A stretch of DNA of 64,000 nucleotides from Macrostomum hystrix (taxonomy: Eukaryota > Animalia > Platyhelminthes). The notes under the pieces are model-generated. The model saw only the letters and a list, made by a program, of their open reading frames with translations, ran no database searches and was not told the origin of the DNA. Made by a program: the position numbers and the translations under genes. Position 1 is the first letter of the stretch. Each line of letters starts with the position of its first letter. Location: positions 2,728,001 through 2,792,000 of the forward strand of contig CATNEN010000008.1 of assembly GCA_950097015.1 (NCBI GenBank). Reading direction: 5' to 3'. Of this stretch, positions 20,838-31,450 are shown one piece after another.

Positions 20838-23800
20838 ATGAAGCATATTAATTCAACTATTTTGCTGGCCCTGGTATTGTCTATGGGCTTGGTTGCTCAG
20901 ACTGCAGCATCTGTTGGTGGCGCCTCTGGTAATGTGCACAATGCTGAGGTTGAAGACAATGAGTTTGCCGAATTCGAGGATCCAGATGAGCCGCCACCAA
21001 TTGGGCAGGTTAGTTGCTAGAATTGCTTTCTATTAAAATTTGCAGTCCCAGCTGTAAGACTGGTAAGTGTCTTATGTCATAAAGGGCTTGACAAATTCAT
21101 GAGGAAAGTTGAGGTTGAGGAGGTTGGAGCTTTCGACTCCTAACCAAGAGGTCTGAGGTTCGAACCTATCTTTATGGAGACTGGAGACAGTTCTTGTCCT
21201 TACTAAGTAAGACACGTGCTTAATTCCATAATACTATCTGTTAATCTAGCTGAGGAGCGACTGTCAGCAAACAATAGGAATATTTTAATTGCATGCCAAG
21301 CCCCAAATCCCTTTCTCCCTGCTTTCTTTTCTCTTCAAGGACAGATTAATGTGGCCTTAAGCTTATTTGAGCTGTGAGAGAGTGAGAGAGCTTTAAGTGA
21401 GAGAGTCAGACACTGTCCATGGACTGTACAGTGATACGCAGCCTTTGAATCTGAAGTGCTTCAGTAAGACAGTAGTTAAAGTCGCCATGTCATTCAATTG
21501 CACAAAGCATGCATACTAAGTATTTCTCATTGTGTCAAACCGCAGGAGGCCCCAGCTAAGTCACAGCAGCAGCAGTCGGAGGCTCAAACTCCGGCTGGTT
21601 CTCCATCATCGGCACCCGAGCAGCCTGCAGGTGCTCAGGGCCAGCAGCAGCCGGTGGGTTCGGCGCCGCTCACCTCCGAGGACGACGACGCGGCCAGCGT
21701 GAAATCGGCCGACGAGGACGAAGACTCGGCCAGCTACTTTGAGGATCGCGACGAGTTCGAAGGCTTCGGCGAGAAATCGAGCTCCGGCGGCGCTTCGCCT
21801 GGTGGTGACAAGAAGCCGGACTTGGAGATTGCTAAGATCCCGGTGCCGCTCACTACCAATTGGGATTCCTATTATCTGGAGCTTATCACGCTGACTGGCC
21901 TGGCTGTGTACTTCCTGAATTTTATTGTTGGCAAATCCAAGAATGCCAAGTTAGCCAATGCCTGGTTTGCAGCGCATAAGGCAAGTTACATTCTTCTTTT
22001 TCCTATTCCTATATTTTGATATCGAAATCGAATCTCTGATCTAAACTTCTCAGTCATTTCATCTACGATCATCTGATCCCTTCTTATCAATCCTTCATCT
22101 ACGATCATCTGATCCCTACTTCTCAATCCCTTCATCTATGATCATCTGATCCCTACTTCTCAATCCCTTCATCTAAGATCATCTGATCCCTGCTTCTCAA
22201 TCCCTTCATCTACGATCATCTGATCCCTGCTTCTCAATCCCTTCATCTAAGATCATCTGATCCCTGCTTCTCAATCCCTTCATCTACGATCATCTGATCC
22301 CTGCTTCTCAATCCCTTAATCTACGATCATCTGATCCCTACTTCTCAATCCCTTCATCTAAGATCATCTGATCCCTTCTTCTCAATCCCTTCATCTACGA
22401 TCATCTGATCCCTGCTTCTCAATCCCTTCATCTACGATCATCTGATCCCTACTTATCAATATTTTTATCCCCAATCTCTTAATCGCGGATGCGCATCCTC
22501 AAATCCCTTCATATCCGATAAATCATCCAACAACTATTTATCTCACCTGCGCAGGACTACCTTGAGTCCGAGTTTCACATTGTTGGCGACGACGGCAAGA
22601 GCAAAGAGGTGGCCAGCATCGGCCTCATGCGAGACTCGGAGCACACCTACAGCCTGTGGTGCACCGGGCGGCAGCACGTTGACGGCATGTTCGTTGAGCT
22701 GCGCTTTGTCAAGCGTCAGGATCTGGTGTCGCTGGTTGCTAAGCTGTTTCGACCGTCCAACGATCAGCTGCTAGTGAAGCTGGTGCTTGACGACTCCTCG
22801 GATTGGGAGAACTTCGTGCTTGCTGTTGTTCAAAGGCGCCGCTCTGGACAGGTGCGTGTCTTCTTGCCTTATCCAGCAGCTCATCAACTCAGCCAGCAAA
22901 TTGTCAAAAAAATCCGATTTTTCTTTACTTGCTACCATAGTAAGTAGTACAGTTAGGACATGCAAATCCGCCCTGCTTTTTCAACCAATAAACAGCTGAT
23001 CCGCGACCACGCCGATCTGGCCCAGTTCTGCAGCGATCGGCGCAGCCAGCTGGATGGCAAAGCCTTCAGCCTGCCGGACAGCCTGACGGTCTTAGCCGAG
23101 GACGCCGAGGTCACCGAAGCCGTGCTAGATCGGCGCGTTGCCAGCGTGCTCAGCCAGTTTGAGCAGTGCCTGGACTATCTTATTGTGTCCGACATGTACA
23201 GCGGACCGCGCGCTCAACAGGATGATTCAGCTAGCGGTGGCGGCGCTGGTGGCAGTGCCGGTTCTTCAAAACCTAATGAGAGCCAGAGAGCTATTGTTCT
23301 GTCTGTAAGTGCTCGATTTGGGATTGGAGATTGGGAGGATTGAACATATTTTAGAGGAGGATTGAAACTATTTTAGAGGAGGATTGAAACTATTTTCGAG
23401 GAGGAATTGATAATCCTTCATAGAGGAATTGATAATCCTTCATAAAGGAATTGATAATCCTTCATAGAGGAATTTCAGATAATCCTTCATAGAGAAATTG
23501 ATAATTCTTCGGAGGGACGAATAATAATCCTTCGGAGGCAGGATTGAAAATCCTTCTGAGGGAGGATTGAAAATCCTTCGGAGGCAGGATTGAAAATCCT
23601 TCGGAGGGAGGATTGAAAATCCTTCGGAGGGAGGATTGAAAATCCTTAGGAGGGAGTATTAATATAATTATTCAGATAGGGAATTAATAATCCTTCGGAG
23701 GCAGGATTGAAAATCCTTCGGAGGGAGGATTGAAAATCCTTGGGAGGGTGGATTGAAAATCCTTTGGAGGGAGTATTAATATAATTATTCAGATAGGGAA

Positions 23801-24496
23801 TTAATAATCCTTCGGAGGCAGGATTGAAAATCCTTCGGAGGGAGGATTGAAAATCCTTCGGAGGGAGGATTGAAAATCCTTAGGAGGGAGTATTAATATA
23901 ATTATTCAGATAGGGAATTAATAATCCTTCGGAGGCAGGATTGAAAAGCCTTCGGAGGGAGGATTGAAAATCCTTGGGAGGGTGGATTGAAAATCCTTTG
24001 GAGGGAGTATTAATATAATTATTCAGATAGGGAATTAATAATCCTTCGGAGGATTTGGGATTTAAGACTAGGGATTTTCCAAAGCCAATTTTGATCCTTA
24101 AATATTATCCTTCGATATTTATCCCAGCTGCGCATCGGCCGTAGAACTGGCGCCACAGCCAGCACCTCCACAGACGAAATGGAGTCTCTGCTGCCCCTGA
24201 CGAAGATGCTCATCTACCTGGTTGACCGGTGTCGCAAGGCCCGCCTAAGCAAGGAGGCCCGCGCCAGAGCCGAGAAGCGGCGCGCCAAGGCGGCCGAGGT
24301 GGCCCAGAAGCTGGCCCACAGTCAGCGCCAGGAGGCCGCCCAGCTGAGGCGCGAGGAGAAGCGCAAGGCCGAGAAGGAGCGCCTGCTGCTGGAGGAGGAC
24401 CCGGATCGGGCCAGGAAGCTGGAGGATCGCGAGGCCAAACGGGAAGCGAAGCGGAAAGCGCCTAAGATGAAGATGCTCAAGGTGAAAGGCATGTGA
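20838..24496 (+). CDS. CCDC47: CCDC47 / calumin (PAT complex subunit). Exons 20838-21008, 21546-21980, 22555-22851, 22996-23304, 24128-24496
   Basis: Signal peptide and acidic lumenal region (EDNEFAEFED); TM WDSYYLELITLTGLAVYFLNFIVGKSKN; AWFAAHK|DYLESEFHIVGDDGK; YSLWCTGR; coiled-coil tail ending KMKMLKVKGM; all splice phases consistent. Confidence 0.95.
21120..21230 (+). mobile_element. Degenerate tRNA-like SINE head in CCDC47 intron 1
   Basis: B-box-like ggttcgaacct followed by ttgtccttactaagtaagacac, a CORE-like remnant. Confidence 0.35.
22050..22460. repeat. 37-bp minisatellite (atcccttcatctacgatcatctgatccctgcttctca) in CCDC47 intron 2
   Basis: About 11 units. Confidence 0.95.
23340..24060. 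repeat. About 22-bp palindromic minisatellite (ggaggattgaaaatccttc) with about 115-bp higher-order blocks in CCDC47 intron 4
   Basis: Landmark gtattaatataattattcagatagg recurs four times. Confidence 0.9.
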
Positions 24497-24829
24497 GAGG
24501 CTATCAATCGTTTGGATCGGAATCCTTTTAGCTTGAGGCGATGCGTTTTCCTATCTTGAGATTAATTTTCGGATCAACTTAAGTCATTATGAATACTTAC
24601 CATCCTATGCAGCATGTTCAGAAGTCGTCAACTCGCTTAATGTGAAAAATCCTAAAATGGGGTTTTAGGTTTCCCATTCAAAAAGCAATCGTATCGCCTC
24701 TAGAAAAATCCCCTAATCTGAAATTCCGATTTCCCAATACGGGGAGCAATGCATTCTGATTGAAGATATCGCATAAAAATAATCTCCAATTTCCTATTAC
24801 AAAATGACCTCTGGATCTTTGAAAATATC

Positions 24830-25890
24830 CCAAAACAGGAATCTTCAATGTCCCATTGCAGAAAGCTCTCCCACTGAAAATATCCCAAAATGGGAATCCT
24901 CAATTTCCCATGGCAGAAAGCTCTCCCACTGAAATTATCCCAAAACAGGAATCCTCAATTTCCCATTGCAGAAAGCTCTCCCACTGAAATTATCCCAAAA
25001 CAGGAATCCTCAATTTCCCATTGCAGAAAGCTCTCCCACTGAAATTATCCCAAAACAGGAATCCTCAATTTCCCATGGCAGAAAGCTCTCCCACTGAAAG
25101 TGTCCCAAAATGGGAATCCTCAATTTCCCATGGCAAAATGCTCTCCCATTGAAAATATCCCAAAATGGGATCCTCAATTTCCCATTGCAGAATGCTCTCC
25201 CACTGAAAATATCCCAAAATGGGAATCCTCAATTTCCCATGGCAGAAAGCTCTCCCACTAAAACTATCCCAAAATGGGAATCCTCAATTTCCCATTGCAG
25301 AATGCTCTCCCACTGAAAATATCCCAAAACAGGAATCCTCAATTTCCCATTGCAGAATGCTCTCCCACTGAAAATATCCCAAAATGGGAATCCTCAATTT
25401 CCCATGACAGAAAGCTCTCCCACTGAAAATATCCCAAAATGGGAATCCTCAATTTCCTGTGGCAGAATGCTCTTCCACTGAAAATATCCCAAAACAGGAA
25501 TCCTCAATTTCCCATGGCAGAAAGCTCTCCCACTGAAAATATCCCAAATGGGAATCCTCAATTTTCCATGGCAGAAAGCTCTCCCACTGAAAATATCCCA
25601 AAATTGGAATCCTCAATTTCCCATGGCAGAAAGCTCTCCCACTGAAAATATCCCAAATGGGAATCCTCAATTTTCCATTGCATGATGCTCTCCCACTGAA
25701 AATATCCCAAAATGGGAATCCTCAATTTCCCATGGCAGAAAGCCCTCCCACCGAAAATATACCAACATGGGAATCCTCAATTTTCCATTGCATGATGCTC
25801 TCCCACTGAAAATATCCCAAAATGGGAATCCTCAATTTCCCATTGCAGAAAGCTCTCCCACTGAAAATATCCCAAAATAGGAATCCTCAA
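24830..25890. repeat. 55-bp minisatellite downstream of CCDC47
   Basis: gggaatcctcaatttcccatggcagaaagctctcccactgaaaatatcccaaaat, about 19 units. Confidence 0.95.
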
Positions 25891-26177
25891 TTTCCAATTT
25901 CCTATTTGTATTTGAGAAACAAAAGTTCGAATAACCTAAGCATGAAATGGCGGTACTGATTTACTAGCTCGGTTTCTTAGCCGCGTCATTTTATGTTTCA
26001 CTTGTTTAGTTTATTGTTTTCTTAGTCAAAATTTGTCTGCAGTTGATCAGGTAACATTGTTGACATTTTGTACTCGTCATAATAAGCATCGCTTTTGAAA
26101 AACGTTTAAACAAAATTCTTTGCTTTTTTGGTTTCGAACTTGGGACCTAGCTGATGAGAGTGTGTTCCTGTTCACAT

Positions 26178-26486
26178 CAAGGACCACTAGAAGAAGAAGG
26201 ACGGGACACTTCGTTCTAAAATGTGCTACAAAATTCTCGTAATAAACTTATACTATTATAGATTTGAAAGTGACTGTAAAATTGAGTTAGCCACTTAGAT
26301 AGCTACACTTAGATAAAAGCAAGATTATCATTTTTAGTATAAATGATGATGAAATCATTAGCCGAAAATAATGTGAAATCATTGTGAAAATTTCCGATTT
26401 CGCTAGTGAATTTTCCATGAAAATCAGCCTTTAATACATTTTCCAAGAAACAAAGTGTCCCGTCCTTCTTTTTCTAGTGTTCCTTG
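26178..26486. mobile_element. 309-bp MITE, about 37-bp TIRs beginning CAAGGA, 8-bp TSD (gttcacat/gttcacct)
   Basis: caaggaccactagaagaagaaggacgggacactt versus the reverse complement of aagtgtcccgtccttctttttctagtgttccttg; TSD matches 7/8. Confidence 0.85.
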
Positions 26487-27139
26487 GTTCACCTTTATGC
26501 GGAAATTCTTAATTCCCATCAAATAGACTTTTATTTAACGAATAATAAACTATTGTCATAGAGCACTTCCAACTTGTGTTGTAGATTGTATGAATTAATC
26601 AAATTGTAGATTGCTATAATGTACTAGTCTATTTCCATTGCTGCTTTATTTAATTTGCTCTTTTCTCTCCTATTCGTTATTTCTTGCTATGCTTTATTAA
26701 TAGCATAATTAATAATATGGCCGAAATTATACTGTTAAATTATGCCACTGTAGTAGTATATGTAGAACATTTTAGTTATAATTTTATGATTCGGTGTTGT
26801 CTAACCTTCTCTATCTATCAGGCCACTTGATTGGAACTTATTGTCTGCCTGTAACATGTGTCTCCTGCATATTTTACTGCCTTTTTATACAGTAAAATCC
26901 GCTTTAGAGCGTTGAGCAATTAATAAAACCGACTGGTCTGCCAGAAAATATCTGTTGTCTTTATACATCAATGAATCAATGATAAACAAAAGTGTGTATT
27001 CTTATTTTTTCCAGTTTTAATCATTACAAGAATGACATTTAAGCTAAGATAATATCACTTTATTTATGATGTCATGTTATTAGATATTTAGTTGCTAAGA
27101 AGAAAGTCAGTATCTCAGATAAGGATGAATGGTTAGATA

Positions 27140-27945
27140 ACAATCCCATTGTGGGATTATTAGTTGGGTAGCAACTAATTCATTCCCAATCCCTTTGTGG
27201 GATTATTAGTTGGGTAGCAACTAATTCATTCCCAATCCCATTGTGGGATTATTAGTTGGGTAGCAACTAATTCATTCCCAATCCCTTTGTGGGATTATTA
27301 GTTGGGTAGCAACTAAGTCATTCCCAATCCCATTGTGGGATTATTAGTTGGGTAGCAACTAATTCATTCCCAATCCCTTTGTGGGATTATTAGTTGGGTA
27401 GCAACTAAGTCATTCCCAATCCCTTTGTGGGATTATTAGTTGGGTAGCAACTAATTCATTCATAATCCCATTGTGGGATTATTGGTTTGGCAGCAACTAA
27501 TTTATTCCAAATCCCATTGTGGGATTATTAGTTGGGTAGCAACTAAGTTATTCCCAATCCCATTGTGGGATTATTGGTTTGGCAGCAACTAATTTATTCC
27601 AAATCCCATTGTGGGATTATTAGTTGGGTAGCAACTAATTCATTCCCAATCCCATTGTGGGATTATTGGTTTGGCAGCAACTAATTTATTCCAAATCCCA
27701 TTGTGGGATTATTAGTTGGGTAGCAACTAATTCATTCCCAATCCCATTGTGGGATTATTGGTTTGGCAGCAACTAATTTATTCCAAATCCCATTGTGGGA
27801 TTATTAGTTGGGTAGCAACTAAGTCATTCCCAATCCCATTGTGGGATTATTGGTTGGGTAGCAACTAATTCATTCCCAATCCCATTGTGGGATTATTAGT
27901 TGGGTAGCAACTAATTCATTCCCAATCCCATTGTGGGATTATTGC
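27140..27945. repeat. 46-bp hairpin-forming minisatellite
   Basis: ccattgtgggattattagttgggtagcaactaattcattcccaatc, about 17 units; stem attagttg/caactaat. Confidence 0.95.
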
Positions 27946-28108
27946 TTAGTGGTTATGTTTCCCATTGTGGTATATAATCAGGTACACTACTCCACTTCAA
28001 ATCCCAGTGTGGAATGTTTTTTTAAATCGTTAATTAATCGCAACTATTTTCCTAATAAGGGAAGAATTTCATGTTTCCACCAACTGGCATGTTTCGATGT
28101 GAAGCGCA

Positions 28109-30771
28109 ATGTCTCCAGTCAGCAAGGTAGCTCTCATCACCGGTGCCTCATCAGGCATTGGCGCAGTCACCGCCCTGACCTTCGCCCGTCACGGCTACAG
28201 CCTCAGCCTGTCTGGCCGCAATCCACAACGCCTTGCCGACACCGCCGATCTGTGTCGCCGCGAGGCAGCCAAAAATAATAAAATTGTTGTCATGGAAACC
28301 GTTGGCGACTTGGCCAAGCCGGATAGCTTGACGGAGCTGGCCCGGGCCACAGAGCAGCGATTTAGTGGCAGGCTGGACGCTTTGATTAATAACGCTGGAA
28401 TTCTAGAGTATGGAAGCCTCGAGAATAGTGAGTTCGTGCTCTTTTGGGCTATTGGATTAACATCATCAGGTTGAGCAGTCCCCATCCCAGATCCTCAGGT
28501 TAAGCAGTCAACATCCCAGATTCTCAGGTTGAGCAGTCACCATCCCAGATCCTCAGGTTGAGCAGTCACGATCCCAGATCCTCAGGTTGAGCAGTCACGA
28601 TCCCAGATCCTCCGGTTGAGCAGTCACCATCCCAGATCCTCAGTTTGAGCATCCCCATCCCAGATTCTCATGTTGAGCAGTCACGATCCCAGATCCTCAG
28701 GTTGAGCAGTCAACATCCCAGATCCTCAGCAGATTAAGCAGTCACCATCCCAGATCCTCAGGTTGAGCAGTCACCATCCCAGATCCTCAGGTTGAGCAGT
28801 CACCATCCCAGATCCTCAGGTTGAGCAGTCACCATCCCAGATTCTCAGTTTGAGCAGTCACCATCCCAGATTCTCAGGTTGAGCAGTCACCATCCCAGAT
28901 TCTCAGTTTGAGCAGTCACCATCCCAGATCTTCAGTTTGAGCAGTCACCATCCCAGATCCTCAGTTTGAGCATCCCCATCCCAGATTCTCATGTTGAGCA
29001 GTCACGATCCCAGATCCTCAGGTTGAGCAGTCAACATCCCAGATCCTCAGATTGAGCAGTCACCATCCCAGATCCTCAGGTTGAGCAGTCACGATCCCAG
29101 ATCCTCCGGTTGAGCAGTCACCATCCCAGATCCTCAGGTTGTGCAGTCACCATCCCAGATTCGCAGTTTGAGCAGTCACCATCCCAGATTCTCAGGTTGA
29201 GCAGTCACCATCCCAGATTCTCAGTTTGAGCAGTCACCATCCCAGATCTTCAGTTTGAGCAGTCACCATCCCAGATCCTCAGTTTGAGCATCCCCATCCC
29301 AGATTCTCATGTTGAGCAGTCACGATCCCAGATCCTCAGGTTGAGCAGTCAACATCCCAGATCCTCAGATTGAGCAGTCACCATCCCAGATCCTCAGGTT
29401 GAGCAGTCACGATCCCAGATCCTCCGGTTGAGCAGTCACCATCCCAGATCCTCAGGTTGTGCAGTCACCATCCCAGATTCGCAGTTTGAGCAGTCACCAT
29501 CCCAGATTCTCAGTTTGAGCAGTCACCATCCCAGATCTTCTGTTTAAGCAGTCACCATCCCAGATCCTCAGGTTGAGCAGTCACGATCCCAGATCCTCCG
29601 GTTGAGCAGTCACGATCCCAGATCCTCAGGTTGAGCAGTCACCATCCCAGATTCGCAGTTTGAGCAGTCACCATCCCAGATCCTCAGTTTGAGCAGTCAC
29701 GATCCCAGATCTTCTGTTTGAGCAGTCACCATCCCAAATCCTCAGGTTGAGCAGTCACCATCCCAGATTCTTAGTTTGAGCAGTCACCATCCCAGATCCT
29801 CAGGTTGAGCAGTCACCATCCCAGATTCTCAGTTTGAGCAGTCACCATCCCAGATCTTCTGTTTGAGCAGTCACCATCCCAGATCCTCAGGTTGAGCACC
29901 CCCATCCCAGATACTCAGGTTGAGCAGTCACCATCCCAGATCCTCCGGTTAAGCAGTCACCATCCCAGATCCTCAGGTTGAGCAGTCACCATCCCAGATT
30001 CTCAGTTTGAGCAGTCGCCATCCCAGATCTTCAGTTTGAGCAGTCACCATCCCAGATCCTCAGGTTGAGCAGTCACCATCCCAAATCCTCAGGTTGAGCA
30101 GTCACCATCCCAGATTCTCAGTTTGAGCAGTCACCATCCCAGATTCTCAGGTTGAGCAGTCACGATCCCATATCCTCCGGTTAAGCAGTCACCATCCCAG
30201 ATCCTCAGGTTGAGCAGTCACAATCCCAGATCCTCAGGTTGAGTAGCAGTCCCTTTGTGGCTTTGTAGCAACCCCGAATTCACACTTATTCTCAGGTAGC
30301 GTCGAACAGCTTGACCGAGTTCTCAATGTCAACTTACGCTCCGTGTATCGGCTAACCCAGCTGTGCCTGCCGATGCTGAAGTCTGTGAAACCCACCGGCT
30401 GCATTGTGAATGTTAGCAGTGTTAACGGCCTGCGAGCTTTTCCCGGATTGCTAGCCTACAATGTGTCCAAAGCTGCTCTGGACCAGTTCACCCGATGCTC
30501 GGCGCTGGAATTAGCTGGCGCCGGTGTGCGCTGCAACTCAGTGAATCCAGGCGTTATTGTCACCGAGTTGCAGAAGACTGGCGGTCTAGACGAGGCTCAG
30601 TATGCCAAATTCCTGGAACGCTGCGCTGAGACGCACGCTCTAGGTCGGCCCGGACAGGCCAGCGAGGTGGCCGAAGCCGTGTTGTTCTTGGCTGATCCGC
30701 AGCGCAGTAGCTTCATCACCGGAGTCACGCTGCCTGTGGATGGCGGCCGTCATGCCATGTGTCCTAGATGA
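28109..30771 (+). CDS. Classical short-chain dehydrogenase/reductase (FabG-like). Exons 28109-28427 and 30296-30771
   Basis: TGASSGIG, LINNAG, NVSS, YNVSK (YxxxK), NSVNPG, ITGVTLPVDGG; phase-1 GT-AG intron joins the frame (ENS SVEQLDRVLNVN). Confidence 0.95.
28465..30245. repeat. About 30-bp minisatellite (caggttgagcagtcaccatcccagatcct) filling the SDR intron
   Basis: About 60 units with about 320-bp higher-order blocks. Confidence 0.95.
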
Positions 30772-31450
30772 GCGGGAGTTGTGAAATTTCATCGAGTTTT
30801 TTTCTTAGGAATTCCATCTACCTTTTCAGGGGAATCCACTGACCTCGCTGGGGAATTCCACTGACCTTGCTGGGGAATTCTTCTGAGCTTGCTGGAATTT
30901 CAATGATTTTTTTCTAGTGTATACATCGAACTTTTTAGGGGAATTCCACTGACCTTGATAGGGAATTCATTGACACTGTTTTGGTTAAATAATCTAGGGT
31001 AAACTGCCTAAATTGTCTTGGAGTCAAGCCAACTGGGAAATTGCATTGACCTTGGCGAGCTAGCAAAACGCGTGGAATTCTACGGACCTTATTCCAAGAA
31101 AGAGATATATTGTAGCTAGTTCTTATTTTATATCGATCAACGAATTGCCCATCCTATGATGGTTGGTAGAAATATTTGACAACAAGTTTTACAGTTTGTG
31201 AACGTTTTACCTTGGCATATTCTATAATACATGCCTATATATATGAATATATAAGGAAGCCTTTTTAAAGAATTATTAATTAATTTTTTTAGTTCCGTTT
31301 CTTATTCTTCTCAATTTTTTTCTGTTATTTGTGTTGATTGTCTTTGATTTAGAAATTGTTCGCAATCTCAGAAAAAGTGCTTTATCTAATCCAATACTTT
31401 CAGCCATTGTACAGCATCGAATTTTATTATAAAAGCTAACTAACATCATA

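Noticed and set aside
27140-27945. CRISPR-like array (palindromic 46-bp repeats)
   Set aside because: Units are directly adjacent with no unique spacers, there are no cas genes, and the context is eukaryotic.
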